Below are positions 50,422 to 62,273 of a DNA stretch of 64,000 nucleotides, one piece after another. The position numbers and the translations under genes were made by a program. Source of the DNA: Spirochaetia bacterium (GTDB taxonomy: Bacteria; Spirochaetota; Spirochaetia; SZUA-6; Bin103); contig CBDBDQ010000005.1 of the NCBI GenBank assembly GCA_965203905.1, forward strand, positions 4,480,001-4,544,000, in the 5' to 3' direction. The notes beneath the pieces were generated by a model. That model saw nothing but the letters and a program-made list of their open reading frames with translations. It was not told the DNA's origin and ran no database searches. Numbering within the stretch: the stretch's first letter is position 1; each line of letters starts with the position of its first letter.

Positions 50422-51933
50422 TCAGGACGCCGGCCGCGTCGATCCGGGCAGCCACTGCACCTGTTGCATGTCGGTGCGAGGCGGCGGTGGCCAGTGTCCC
50501 CCGCGCTGTCCCGAGAGGCCCTTGTTGGGTCCGTGGTGGTAGTCCGCGTCGGGCAATCCGACCAGATTCCCTTCGCGTATCCACGCGCAGTCGTCGCCGT
50601 ACAGCTGCGCCATCAGCACCCCTTGCAGGCGCTGGCGCGCCGCACCGGCTTCGCTCGTATCAGGAGCCTGGCCAAGGTCGGTCAACTCGTGCGGATCGGT
50701 TGCCAGGTCGAAGAGCTGGGTACGGTTGCCGGCGGGGTAGTAGATCAGCTTGTAGCGCCCGGCGTGCACCATGCGCCCGGCCAGGATCCCCTCACCGAGT
50801 TCGCCGTAGAGCCACGGGCGCGGCGGGTCCGTCAGCGCGGAGCGTCCCTCCACGCTCTCGGGAACGGTGATCCCGGCCATCCCAAGTAGCGTCGGCATCA
50901 CGTCCTGCAGTCCCACCACCCGCTCGTCGACTCCGATCTTCACGGGCGGCTCCGCACTGTCGGCGCCGACCAGCAGCAGCGGCACGTTGGCGGACGGCTC
51001 GTAGAAGAGCTGCTTGGCCCACAGGCCGTGGTTGCCGAGCATGTCGCCGTGATCGGAGGTGAAGCAAATGACGGTGTCGTCCAGCAGTGCCTCCTCGCGC
51101 AGGGTCCCGACGATCACGCTGAGCTGGTGGTCGATATGGGTGCACAGCGCGTAGAAGGCGCGCCGGGCGGCTGCGATTTGCGCCGGCGTCGCCAGGTACG
51201 CCTCGCGCATGCGGACCGCGCGCAGGCGCAACGGCAGACATTCGGATTCGTCCGCCCAGGAACCGCACCGGGGCTTGTCCAGGGGCTGGTCGCGGTACAG
51301 GTCCAGGTAGGCCGCGAGCGGCACCAGCGGCGGATGGGGATGGCGGTAGGCGAGATACCAGAACGCCGGCCGGGTGGGGTCGCGGCGCTTGATGGTGCGC
51401 ACCATCGCCGCGGTGGCCCAGTTGGTGGGGTGGGCAGGCTCCGGCAGGTGCCAGGGACGGCTGACGTAGCGGTTGTTGCTCATGCCGTGGAAGAACTGGC
51501 GGCCGGCATGGCCGGAGTCTCCGAGGAACAGCTCGTAGTCGTCCGTGACCCCGTACTGGGTCCGGCCCTCCTCGTCGAGGATCACGTCGTCGAAGCCGAT
51601 GCGGTTGCGCTGGGGATAGACGTGCAGCTTGCCCACCGCGGTGGCTTGGTAGCCGGCATCGCGGAAGGTCTGCGCCAGCGTCGGGAGCTCGGGCATCGGC
51701 ATCCGTTCGCCGAAGTTGCGATCGCCGTGGGTGCGCGGACTGACTCCCGTCATCAGCGTGCGCCGCGCCGGGATGCACACCGGACACTCCGAGTAGGCGT
51801 TGCTGAAGCGAAGCCCGCTCGCGGCCAGCGCATCGAGAGTCGGGGTCTGGATCGCAGGATGACCGGCGCAGCCGAGCAACGCGGCGGGCCAGTGGTCGGT
51901 GGTAACGAGCAGCACGTTGGGGCGTTTTGCCAT
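50422..51933 (-). CDS. Sulfatase (Cys-type)
   Basis: PNVLLVTTD, CIPARRTLMTG, GKLH and SDHG motifs. Confidence 0.93.
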   Translation of the reverse strand: MAKRPNVLLVTTDHWPAALLGCAGHPAIQTPTLDALAASGLRFSNAYSECPVCIPARRTLMTGVSPRTHGDRNFGERMPMPELPTLAQTFRDAGYQATAVGKLHVYPQRNRIGFDDVILDEEGRTQYGVTDDYELFLGDSGHAGRQFFHGMSNNRYVSRPWHLPEPAHPTNWATAAMVRTIKRRDPTRPAFWYLAYRHPHPPLVPLAAYLDLYRDQPLDKPRCGSWADESECLPLRLRAVRMREAYLATPAQIAAARRAFYALCTHIDHQLSVIVGTLREEALLDDTVICFTSDHGDMLGNHGLWAKQLFYEPSANVPLLLVGADSAEPPVKIGVDERVVGLQDVMPTLLGMAGITVPESVEGRSALTDPPRPWLYGELGEGILAGRMVHAGRYKLIYYPAGNRTQLFDLATDPHELTDLGQAPDTSEAGAARQRLQGVLMAQLYGDDCAWIREGNLVGLPDADYHHGPNKGLSGQRGGHWPPPPRTDMQQVQWLPGSTRPAS

Positions 51934-52007
51934 GGCGTGATTCTACCGCCGGCGCGGCGGCACTGACAGCGGTGACGGCGGCGCCGCATACGGCTACATT
52001 GGGCGCC

Positions 52008-53411
52008 GTGAGCGCTGACGGACAGCAACTGACGCAGGGCTGGGCGGGACCGGGCCTGGACGCGCTGATGTCGCGGCGGATACAGAAGCTGAACGCCGGT
52101 TCGGCGACCGACTGGGGCCTCTCCGCCCGCCGACCGGACCCGGCGGCGCAGCCGATCTCCCTGGCCGGCGGCATCCCCGACGATGCCACCCTGCCGCGTG
52201 CGGGTTTGCTGGCGGCGGTGTCCCGGGCGTTGGGCTTGAGCTCGGGGCCATCCCGTGCCAGCGGCGCGCCCGGCAGCGCCGCGGCGGCGGAGTGCGACTG
52301 CGGGCCGGCCGCAGCCGGGGCCGAGTGCGACGGCGGACGGGCCGCGGGGGATGCGTCCGATTCCGGCGCGCAGCAGGGCGCGGCCGCACTTTCCTACGGT
52401 GGCCCGCAGGGCTATGAGCCGCTGCGTGAGGCGGTGGCGCGGTTCTTCGCCCGCGACCAGCACCCAGCGATCGACGGCGAGCACTTCGTGCTTACCAACG
52501 GCGCCGCCGGGGCCATCGACCTGGCCTGCTCGGCGCTGCTCGATCCGGGCGACGTGGTGGTTACCGAGGTGCCGGCTTTCTCGGGCTCGCTGCGTACCAT
52601 CCGTGGCCACGGCGCGCGGCTGGTCGGGGTGACCATGGACGCCGACGGCATGTGCGTCGACCAACTCGACGCCACCCTGCGGCGGCTCGCCGCCGCGGGC
52701 ACCCCGGCCAAGCTGATCTACGCATCGCCTACCTTCCACAATCCCACCGGAATCACCATGCCGGTAGCTCGCCGCCGCGATCTGCTGCAGGTCGCCTCGC
52801 GCCACGGCGTCCTGATACTGGAAGACACCGCCTACAACGAGCTCTACTTCGGGTCCGAGCTGTGGCCCACCCTGGCGGCGCTGGCCCAGGGCCACTTCGT
52901 GATCACCGCCGGCACCTTCTCCAAGGTGATCGCTCCCGGTCTCCGGGTCGGCTGGCTGCAGGCGCGCCCGGAACTGCTGCGGCTGCTGCTGCCGGCGCGC
53001 TTCGACATGGGCAACAGCCCGCTGCAGCACCGCATGCTGTACGAGTTCATGGTCTCCGGCGAGCTGGAGGCGCACGTGGTGCGAATGCGCGCGCTCTACC
53101 GCACCAAGATGCGCGTCCTGGCCGACGCGTTGCGCGCCGCCTGCGGCGCGGCGCTGCAGTTCACCGAGCCGGCCGGCGGCTTCTTCCTCTGGCTGCGGCT
53201 GGCCGCGCCGTGCTCGGCGCAAATGGTACAGGAACGGGCCCTGGAGCGTGGTGTCGTGTTCCCGGTCGGACGCGGTTTCTTTCCCGCCGAGGGGCCGCGA
53301 CCGGATGCAGAGTACCTGCGGCTGGCCTACTCGCGAGTAGGCGTCGACGAGCTGCGCGCGGGGGCCGAGCGGCTCGCCGCCTGCCTGGAGGAGGATCGAG
53401 ATGGGTGTTGA
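52008..53411 (+). CDS. PLP-dependent aminotransferase class I/II (start uncertain)
   Basis: ISLAGGIPD, PTFHNPTG, EDTAY and TFSKVIAPGLRVGW. Confidence 0.9.
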   Translation: MSADGQQLTQGWAGPGLDALMSRRIQKLNAGSATDWGLSARRPDPAAQPISLAGGIPDDATLPRAGLLAAVSRALGLSSGPSRASGAPGSAAAAECDCGPAAAGAECDGGRAAGDASDSGAQQGAAALSYGGPQGYEPLREAVARFFARDQHPAIDGEHFVLTNGAAGAIDLACSALLDPGDVVVTEVPAFSGSLRTIRGHGARLVGVTMDADGMCVDQLDATLRRLAAAGTPAKLIYASPTFHNPTGITMPVARRRDLLQVASRHGVLILEDTAYNELYFGSELWPTLAALAQGHFVITAGTFSKVIAPGLRVGWLQARPELLRLLLPARFDMGNSPLQHRMLYEFMVSGELEAHVVRMRALYRTKMRVLADALRAACGAALQFTEPAGGFFLWLRLAAPCSAQMVQERALERGVVFPVGRGFFPAEGPRPDAEYLRLAYSRVGVDELRAGAERLAACLEEDRDGC

Positions 53412-53790
53412 GCAGATGGGAGCCTGGCACGTCTCCCAGATTGCGCTGGGCGTGAATGACCTGGACGCCGCCATCGTCTTCTACCGCGACACCCTGGAGG
53501 TGCCGTTCATAGCGCGGGCGAATCCGGGACTGGCATTTTTCGACTGCGACGGCGTGCGTCTGATGCTGTCGAGCGGCGGTGACGGGGGCGCGCGGTGCGC
53601 CCTGTACTTCCAAGTTCCGGACATCGACCGGCGCTACGCCGAGCTTCAGGAGCGCGGCGTGGCGTTCGACGGGCCGCCCCAGGTAATCCACTCGGCCGCC
53701 GACTACGAGCTGCGGATGGCGTTCTTCCGCGATCCGGCCGCCAACCAGCTCGCACTGATGACCGAGCGCGGCACCTACGTCGGACAGTAA
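53401..53790 (+). CDS. VOC/glyoxalase family protein
   Basis: QIALGVNDLDAAIVFYRDTL and AFFRDPAAN. Confidence 0.9.
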   Translation: MGVEQMGAWHVSQIALGVNDLDAAIVFYRDTLEVPFIARANPGLAFFDCDGVRLMLSSGGDGGARCALYFQVPDIDRRYAELQERGVAFDGPPQVIHSAADYELRMAFFRDPAANQLALMTERGTYVGQ

Positions 53791-53819
53791 GTCGGCTGGC
53801 GGACAGTGAGCGGCGGCTG

Positions 53820-55397
<1,578 letters not shown>

Positions 55398-55419
55398 CAG
55401 CGCGGCCCGCCGAGCCGGG

Positions 55420-56850
55420 TCAGCGAGTGCCGTCCTCCAGCGGCGGCCGGTGTTGTGCCCAGGGCTGGGCCGTCTCGAAAGCCGCCGCCGCGGCCAGCAC
55501 GGCGAGGTCGGCGCGCCGGCGGCCGACGATCTGCACGCCCACCGGGAGGCCGTCGCGGTTGAATCCGCAGGGCACCGTGGCCGCCGGCTGGCCGGTGATG
55601 TTGAACGGGTAGGTGAAGGGCGTCCAACTGAGCCCCGCGTCCAGCACCGCGTCGCCGATCCGCCGCGGCCGGTCGAGACCGGCGGGAAACGCCGGCAACG
55701 GCATGGTGGGCGTGAGCAGCAGCTCGTAGGGCTCCATGAATTGACGCATGCGGTGGTAGTAGTCGAGGCGCGCACGCTGCACCGCGGCGAGCTGCAGGCC
55801 GCTGACCTCGCGCGCGCCTTCGATGATCTGCGCCAGTCCCGGATCGAGCCGCTCCCGCACGGCGTCGAAGCGCTCACCGTGAATCGCTCCCTCCCCCGTG
55901 CACCAGATGACGTTGACCAGCCCCCACGGGTCGGCGACCGGCGGCGTGGCTTCCTCAACCTCGTAGCCCAGCTCGGCGAAGCGGTGCGCGGCCGCGGCCG
56001 TCAACTGCGCCACCTCCGGATCGACGGTGGCGGATCCCAGGTCCGGCGACCACGCGACCCGCGCCCCGGCCCCGCTCCCGGCCGGCAGCGCCTGCAGCGC
56101 GGCCAGGTAGTCGCACGGCTCGGACCAGGCGTTGGGGTCGCGGTCGTCGGCGCCGGCCATGACGCCCAGCATCAGCGCGCCGTCGCCCACGGTGCGCGTC
56201 ATCGGGCCGACGTGGGACAGCAGCTCCACGGCGCTGGCCGGATACTGCGGCACGAGACCGAACGACGGCTTGAATCCGAACAGGCCGCAGAAGCAGCAGG
56301 GGATGCGGATCGAGCCTGCGCCGTCGCTGCCCTGGGCCAGGGGCCCGAGTCCCGCCGCCACCGCCGCCGCGCCACCCCCCGACGAGCCGCCCGGCGTGCG
56401 TCCGTGGCGCCACGGGTTGTGGCTCGTCCCCGCCACCCGGTTGCTGGTCTCCCCCTTCCAGCCGAACTCGGGGGTATTGCTCTTGCCCAGCAGCACGCCG
56501 CCCGCGGCCAGCAGCCGCTCCACCACCGGGGCGTCGAAATCGGGCACCCAGTCCCGCGACAGCAGCGAGCCCATGGTGGTGCGGATCCCCCTGGTGGGAA
56601 CCAGGTCCTTGATCGAGAGCGGGATGCCGGCCAGCGGCCCGGCGCTGCCGTCGCGGTACGCGGCCTCGGCGCCACGCGCCTGCTCCTCGGCCAGCTCCCT
56701 GGTCACCGTAACGAACGCGTTCAGGCGCGGCTGCAGCCGCTCGCTGCGTTCCAGCACCGCGGCCACCACCTCCACCGGCGACAGCTCGCGGCGTCGATAG
56801 CGCGCGCGCAGCTCCAGTGCGGAGAGGTAGCAGACCTCGGCCGGGTTCAC
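55420..56850 (-). CDS. Amidase signature family protein
   Basis: SIKDL, GGSSGG and GSDGAGSIRIP. Confidence 0.94.
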   Translation of the reverse strand: MNPAEVCYLSALELRARYRRRELSPVEVVAAVLERSERLQPRLNAFVTVTRELAEEQARGAEAAYRDGSAGPLAGIPLSIKDLVPTRGIRTTMGSLLSRDWVPDFDAPVVERLLAAGGVLLGKSNTPEFGWKGETSNRVAGTSHNPWRHGRTPGGSSGGGAAAVAAGLGPLAQGSDGAGSIRIPCCFCGLFGFKPSFGLVPQYPASAVELLSHVGPMTRTVGDGALMLGVMAGADDRDPNAWSEPCDYLAALQALPAGSGAGARVAWSPDLGSATVDPEVAQLTAAAAHRFAELGYEVEEATPPVADPWGLVNVIWCTGEGAIHGERFDAVRERLDPGLAQIIEGAREVSGLQLAAVQRARLDYYHRMRQFMEPYELLLTPTMPLPAFPAGLDRPRRIGDAVLDAGLSWTPFTYPFNITGQPAATVPCGFNRDGLPVGVQIVGRRRADLAVLAAAAAFETAQPWAQHRPPLEDGTR

Positions 56851-57227
56851 GAGCCGTCGACCAGGGTGATGCAGTCCTCGCGGTTGGGGACGATGCAGAG
56901 AAACTCGAAGGGGGCCTCGGTCACCTCGTAGGAGTGAGGCACCTCGGCGGGAATGTACAACGCGGTACCGGCCGCCACCGCGTGCACCTGGTCGCCGATG
57001 GTGACCCGCGCCGCCCCGGTGAGCACGTACTGCTCGTGCTCCACCGCGTTGGTGTGGCGCGGCATGCCGCCGCCGGACCCCATCACGAAACGGCGCAGGG
57101 CGAAGTTGGGGGCGCCATCCTCCGGCCCGATCAGGACCTGCGTCTCGGTGGCGGTGCCGGCGGCCACCGGCTGGCGGGCTACGGCTTCGGCGCGCTTGGT
57201 CACGCCGGCGTTGTCAGTGCGCTGCAT
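56847..57227 (-). CDS. Cupin domain protein
   Basis: PRHTNAVEHEQYVLTG and IPAEVPHSY. Confidence 0.88.
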   Translation of the reverse strand: MQRTDNAGVTKRAEAVARQPVAAGTATETQVLIGPEDGAPNFALRRFVMGSGGGMPRHTNAVEHEQYVLTGAARVTIGDQVHAVAAGTALYIPAEVPHSYEVTEAPFEFLCIVPNREDCITLVDGS

Positions 57228-57235
57228 GACTCGGA

Positions 57236-57352
57236 GGGTAGCACAGGCAGCGCTGCGCAACACAAGGATGCAGCAACGGGTAGCAGGTAGCTGCAGCGCG
57301 ACACAAGGTTCAGCTACGGGCAGCACAGGCAAGTGCCGCAACACGAGTTGCC
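57236..57352. repeat. Degenerate tandem repeat, three units of about 40-42 bp
   Basis: Units start at 57236, 57278 and 57318: GGG(T/C)AGCA..GG(C/T)A..GC..CGC(A/G)ACAC(A/G)AG. Confidence 0.6.
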
Positions 57353-57395
57353 GGGCTGCGGCGCCGGCCGTTGCGGGCCGGCACCGGGAGCGTGG

Positions 57396-58391
57396 TCAGG
57401 AGTCGCCGTCGGAATCGGCCCAGGCCTGGGGATTCAGCAGGTTGGGAGGGCGCGCACCCTCCAGGTAGGCGATGATGTTCTCCACGCACACCTCCACCGC
57501 GCGTACCGTCGCCACGGTGGTGTCGCTGCCGATGTGGGGGGCGAGGATGGTGTTGTCCATCGCCAGCAGCGGGTTGTCCGGCGCCACCGGCTCGATCTGG
57601 AATACGTCCAGTGCCGCGCCGGCGAGATGGCCGGAGCGCAGCGCCTCGATCAGCGCGGCTTCGTCGACCACCGCGCCCCGGCTGGTGTTGACCAGGTAGC
57701 TGCCGGGCCGCATCCGCGCGAGTTGAGCCGCTCCGATCAGGCCGCGCGTGCGGTCGGTCAACGGGACATGCAGGCTCACCACGTCGCTGGCGCTGAGAAT
57801 CCGCTCCACCGGGGCCAGCGTGACGCCGTCGCGCTGCGCCTGCGCGGTGCTCAGGCCGCGGCTGAACGCCAGGACCTCCATGCCGTGGGCAATGGCGCGC
57901 TGCGCCACGCCGCGGCCGATGTTGCCGTAGCCGATGATGCCCAGTGTCATGGCGTCGAGCCCGGGAGCCAGGAACAGCTCGCGGCGGGTCCAGCCCTGCT
58001 CGCGCACCGCGCGGTCGGCCACGAGGATGCGGCGCACCAGGGCGGTGATCAGGCCCATGGCGAAGTTGGCGGTGGCGACGTGCATCACCGGCGAATTGGT
58101 CACCAGCACACCGTGGGCGGTGGCCGCCTCCAGATCGACCGAGTTGTAACCCATGCCGTCGCGGGTCACCAGCCGCAGATCGGGCAATGCCGCGAACACC
58201 GCCGCGTCGAAGGTCTCGTCGCTGGCGATCACCGCGTTGGCGCCGGCGGCCGCATCCAGCAGCTCGGCGCGCGTCACGCTGCGCCCGACCACGGGGCCGA
58301 AGGTGAGCCGGGCGCGCGGCCGCAGCGGTTCCAGGGCAGGCATGATCAGGTCGCGGTCGTACTCGGTGCTGACGCAGACGGTAAACGGCAC
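57396..58391 (-). CDS. D-2-hydroxyacid dehydrogenase (SerA-like)
   Basis: GIIGYGNIG, LVNTSRG, AALDVF and LAPHIG. Confidence 0.92.
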   Translation of the reverse strand: MPFTVCVSTEYDRDLIMPALEPLRPRARLTFGPVVGRSVTRAELLDAAAGANAVIASDETFDAAVFAALPDLRLVTRDGMGYNSVDLEAATAHGVLVTNSPVMHVATANFAMGLITALVRRILVADRAVREQGWTRRELFLAPGLDAMTLGIIGYGNIGRGVAQRAIAHGMEVLAFSRGLSTAQAQRDGVTLAPVERILSASDVVSLHVPLTDRTRGLIGAAQLARMRPGSYLVNTSRGAVVDEAALIEALRSGHLAGAALDVFQIEPVAPDNPLLAMDNTILAPHIGSDTTVATVRAVEVCVENIIAYLEGARPPNLLNPQAWADSDGDS

Positions 58392-58469
58392 GGTGCTCTC
58401 CTTCGAGGTCCAGATTAACGAAGATCGCCGGCTGCGGACAGGCGGTGACTCCCGCGCCACCCGAATTCA

Positions 58470-59024
58470 TCAGGGAAGGGCTGTTGGAGGAACAGGCTGC
58501 GGCGGTCTGAAAGCGCTCCTGAGCTGCCACGCGATTTCCATCATACGGGCTTTACGGTTTTGGACACCTGGTTCGACACGCACGTTCTGGCAGATGTCGG
58601 CGTGGAAGCTGTTCATGACAGTGCCCGAGTCGTAAACACAGAACAGTCGTTTTCCACTTTCCAGCAATCCCCGGACGTCCATCGTGCAGGTTGCGATGAA
58701 CTGCAAATAACCACTGTATCTTGCGTCGGTGCGTTTGCTTGACATCAAGAGCTCGGGTCCCATCCGGAGCACACGATCAACGGAGAATCCTCTGGCTTCG
58801 GGGTCGCGGCGAAAGTACGCAGGCTTCAAATGACCGTCGGGCCCGACCGTTTGTTCTCTGAAAAGAGTACGTACCAGGACTTCACTGTCATCCACTGGTC
58901 CAGGCGAGTGCTCACTGACCGATTGGTGTTCGCACTCGCAGTCGGGAAACTGCTCACGGTAGCGAGTACACTTGCAATCCCCTTGGCAATGCCGGATCTC
59001 CAGCTCCAAGCAGGTGCACGACAT
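58470..59024 (-). CDS. Hypothetical protein, Cys-rich N-terminus; possible ADP-ribosyltransferase-like fold
   Basis: Clean ORF in a lower-GC insert; EVLVR...GFSVDR...FHADI pattern. Confidence 0.6.
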   Translation of the reverse strand: MSCTCLELEIRHCQGDCKCTRYREQFPDCECEHQSVSEHSPGPVDDSEVLVRTLFREQTVGPDGHLKPAYFRRDPEARGFSVDRVLRMGPELLMSSKRTDARYSGYLQFIATCTMDVRGLLESGKRLFCVYDSGTVMNSFHADICQNVRVEPGVQNRKARMMEIAWQLRSAFRPPQPVPPTALP

Positions 59025-59050
59025 AACGATAGCAGTTGGTCTCAGGAGCG

Positions 59051-59662
59051 CTATTGTAACCGCAGGATTCGCAGTATGTCGTCCGGCCAAGGGCCGACCA
59101 CATCCACACCGTCACTGCCGTACTTCTCCGTCACTGCTCCCGGCACTCCACGGACGGCAAAATATGCACACGTGCCGTCGCCCTCGAAGGTCACCTCGGC
59201 GAACACCTGTGCATCCCTGAAGTCCCAGTAAATGCCCACATCTCCCTCGGTGCCTTCCTCCGGGTACGGCGGCGGAATGTTACCGGGTCTGCCGTCGAGG
59301 AAGGTCAGGGCGTCGTTCACTGCCTCTTGTGATGGGGCCTTAGCGCCGTCTCCATCCCAGTTCTCTTCCAAGCGCGCATAGGACCGGAGTTCTTCGCGGA
59401 GTTCGGACTCGGACCCGACCTTTGAGGTGAGTGCGACCCAGCGGCCCGAATCACGACTATTCAGCGCACGGAATGTTAAGCGGCTCGGCGGCACTCCGTG
59501 CCATGGCCGAGTGGTTTGTCGTCGTTCAGTTCGGACGGCTATCAGGTTGCACCCCTGGCCGAACGAATACCTGATGACATACGTGTCCGGTGTTGTTTCT
59601 TCCGGCGTAGACAGTTCCAGAACGGCGGGAGGCAAGGACCGCAAGGCAAGTGCATTAGACAA
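59051..59662 (-). CDS. Hypothetical protein
   Basis: Clean ORF in operon spacing; LEENWDGDGAKAPS...GDVGIYW segment. Confidence 0.7.
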   Translation of the reverse strand: MSNALALRSLPPAVLELSTPEETTPDTYVIRYSFGQGCNLIAVRTERRQTTRPWHGVPPSRLTFRALNSRDSGRWVALTSKVGSESELREELRSYARLEENWDGDGAKAPSQEAVNDALTFLDGRPGNIPPPYPEEGTEGDVGIYWDFRDAQVFAEVTFEGDGTCAYFAVRGVPGAVTEKYGSDGVDVVGPWPDDILRILRLQ

Positions 59663-59671
59663 ATGAAATTC

Positions 59672-60658
59672 CTATTCTGCTCTTGGACCGGTCTTGATCG
59701 AAGTGGTCGCGGGCTCGCTCTCACCAACGTCGTTCTTGTTAGTCACCTGCACATCGTATTCGGTATCGGGCTTGAGATCAACAAACGAGCACTTGTCGAA
59801 CGGTGTCTCGAACCCGGGACTCCACGCTTCCGCTCCCGACTCCCTGATGCGAACGACGGAAGTGACTGTCGGCCTCCATCTGGCTTCTAGGGTCCTCCCG
59901 AGCTTGTCAGGTAGCGATACATAAACCATGTTGTCCTGCCACTTGAGTACGGGATCTTCCGTACGGCTTGACATTTGTTGATCCATGGTCCTGTAATCCC
60001 GACCAAGCCTAGGCGCGATTTGGTTCGCAAGAATACGGTCTAGTACAATCATGGATCTCAACGGAATAAAGATTCGTATGGCAGAAGCGCGACCGACACC
60101 CGAGAGGGAGAGGTGACTGTCGTGCAGCATCCCGCTCGACTGCCAATAGGCAAGAACTGAGCGGAAGTTACGCGCATCGGACGGAGCTTCGTCTCTGGCC
60201 CCCTCCGAGAACGGTTCCACACTCATTTCCATCTCGAAGTCGTGAGCCGCCACCTGATGATATACACTGCACAGGGCCTCCCGCGAATCAGCCGGAAGGG
60301 CATCGAACAACTTGGCGAGGTGAGGTCTTGTCTCATTTACCGGAAGGGCATCCTTGTTCTGGATCAGAAAACTCAGCAAACGAAACGAGTGGACGTAGGC
60401 AAGACCGAGGTTCGACGTTGCGGACAAGCAGGCACCGACGTAACGGACGGCCTTGCCGCTTGGGAGTCCCGCGAACTTGCGCGCAACATGGTCGGGCCCA
60501 GCAGGCCTACCGTCGTGGTCAGTCTTCAACTCCCGGTAACCATCGATCGCCTGCAGAACCGGATCGAGGGTTTCTCTGGCCACATCAAAAAACGAAATCA
60601 CCATTTCGTATAGATATGGCAGATATGGATGAGATCTCTGGGTGGCAGCTTCCGTCAT
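59672..60658 (-). CDS. Hypothetical protein with C-terminal fibronectin type III domain
   Basis: DLKPDTEYDVQVTNKNDVGESEP FN3 signature; GGAGA upstream of the ATG. Confidence 0.75.
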   Translation of the reverse strand: MTEAATQRSHPYLPYLYEMVISFFDVARETLDPVLQAIDGYRELKTDHDGRPAGPDHVARKFAGLPSGKAVRYVGACLSATSNLGLAYVHSFRLLSFLIQNKDALPVNETRPHLAKLFDALPADSREALCSVYHQVAAHDFEMEMSVEPFSEGARDEAPSDARNFRSVLAYWQSSGMLHDSHLSLSGVGRASAIRIFIPLRSMIVLDRILANQIAPRLGRDYRTMDQQMSSRTEDPVLKWQDNMVYVSLPDKLGRTLEARWRPTVTSVVRIRESGAEAWSPGFETPFDKCSFVDLKPDTEYDVQVTNKNDVGESEPATTSIKTGPRAE

Positions 60659-60785
60659 GGCCGGCTATCTCCGCGTGTCTACGGCGCGGGGGCAGCAATT
60701 TTCGGGTGATGCCCGAAGTCATGGTACAGCACCGATACCGTGCTGATCAAGTCGCTGGACTCGTTCGGTGCTATGATGGCGTGTC

Positions 60786-62132
60786 ATGTCATCGCCGAAC
60801 CTCTCCACCAGCCGCTTCCTGCCGATGAACCGGCACCAGGAATACCCGCTGATCGTGCGTGCCACGGGCCGGCGCCTCTACGCCGCCGATGGGCGCGAGT
60901 ACCTGGACGGAGCCTCCGGAGGGGTCGGCGCGGCCAACATAGGCCACGGGGTGCCGGAGGTGCTGGAGGCGATCGCAGAGCAGAGCCGCACCCTGTGCCA
61001 TGCCAACGCCTCGCTGTTCCTCAACCGGCCGGCCCTGGAGCTGGCCGACCTGGTGATCGAGCACTTCGCACCGGACGCCATGGAGCGGGTGTATTTCGTC
61101 TCCACCGGCACCGAGGCCAACGAGCTGTGCATCAAGCTGGCGCGCGTGTGTCACCTGAACCGCGGCGAGCCGCTGCGTCACAAGATCATCACCCGCTGGG
61201 GCGGCTATCACGGCAGCTCGCTGGCGACCCTGGGCTACGCCGGACGCTCCAGCCGGCGTCGCCAGTTCGACCCGTACTACTTCCCCGCCACCCGCATCGC
61301 CCCGGCGTATTACCTGCGCCACGGTGCCGGCCTGGACGAGGAGCAGTACGCCGCGGTAGCCGCCGCGGCGCTGGAGGACGCCATATTGCGTGAAGGGCCG
61401 GAGACGGTCTCCTGCTTCGTGGCCGAGCCGCTGGTCAACACCATGGGCGCGTGTCCCGCGCCGGCCGGCTACTTCCAGCGCGTGCGCGAGATCTGCGACC
61501 GCTACGGCGTGTTGCTGGTATGCGACGAGGTGGTGACCGGCTTCGGCCGCACCGGCCGCAATTTCGGCATCGACCACTGGCAGGTGAGCCCCGACCTGAT
61601 GGCCTGCGGCAAGGGGATCTCGGGAGGGTACACGCCGCTGGCCTGCGCCATAGCCGGACGCACGGTGTGGGAGGCCCTGGAGCGAGACTCGAGCGGCGCC
61701 ACGGTGGTGGGCCACACCCACGCCGCCAACCCGCTGTCCGCGGCCACCGGCCGTGCCGTGCTGCGCTACATCCTCGACCACGACCTGGTGCGCCGCTCCG
61801 AGGAGCTCGGCGGCGAGCTGCTGGCGCGGCTGCAGGAGGCTCTCGGCGCCCACCCGCACGTCGGCGACATCCGCGGCAAGGGGCTGCACCTGGCGGTGGA
61901 GCTCGTGGCCGACCGCGACACGCTGGAGCCGTACGCGGCCGAGTGCAACATGGCGCAGCGCGTCTACCAGGCGTGCATGGAGAACGGGCTCAATCTGTGC
62001 CCGGTGCACGGCGACTCCGACGGCCAGCGCGGCGACAGCCTGATCATCAAGCCGCCGTTCACCTCCACCAGCGCCGAGCTGGAGGAACTGGTGGATCGGC
62101 TGGCGCGCGCCCTGGGAGGCCTCGACTGGTAG
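60786..62132 (+). CDS. Class III PLP aminotransferase
   Basis: YLDGASG, GGYHGSS, DEVVTGFGRTG, GKGISGGY and GHTHAANP. Confidence 0.94.
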   Translation: MSSPNLSTSRFLPMNRHQEYPLIVRATGRRLYAADGREYLDGASGGVGAANIGHGVPEVLEAIAEQSRTLCHANASLFLNRPALELADLVIEHFAPDAMERVYFVSTGTEANELCIKLARVCHLNRGEPLRHKIITRWGGYHGSSLATLGYAGRSSRRRQFDPYYFPATRIAPAYYLRHGAGLDEEQYAAVAAAALEDAILREGPETVSCFVAEPLVNTMGACPAPAGYFQRVREICDRYGVLLVCDEVVTGFGRTGRNFGIDHWQVSPDLMACGKGISGGYTPLACAIAGRTVWEALERDSSGATVVGHTHAANPLSAATGRAVLRYILDHDLVRRSEELGGELLARLQEALGAHPHVGDIRGKGLHLAVELVADRDTLEPYAAECNMAQRVYQACMENGLNLCPVHGDSDGQRGDSLIIKPPFTSTSAELEELVDRLARALGGLDW

Positions 62133-62273
62133 CGGCAGATGCGTCGCTGCGCAATGTCACGGCTGCCGCGACGTTATTACCTTGAGTCGGTACGGGGACA
62201 CGCTGATGAACGGTTCATCGACAGAGGATGCAGCGGCGCGGGCGCGGACGCCGTCGCAAGGACGGAGGCGGCG

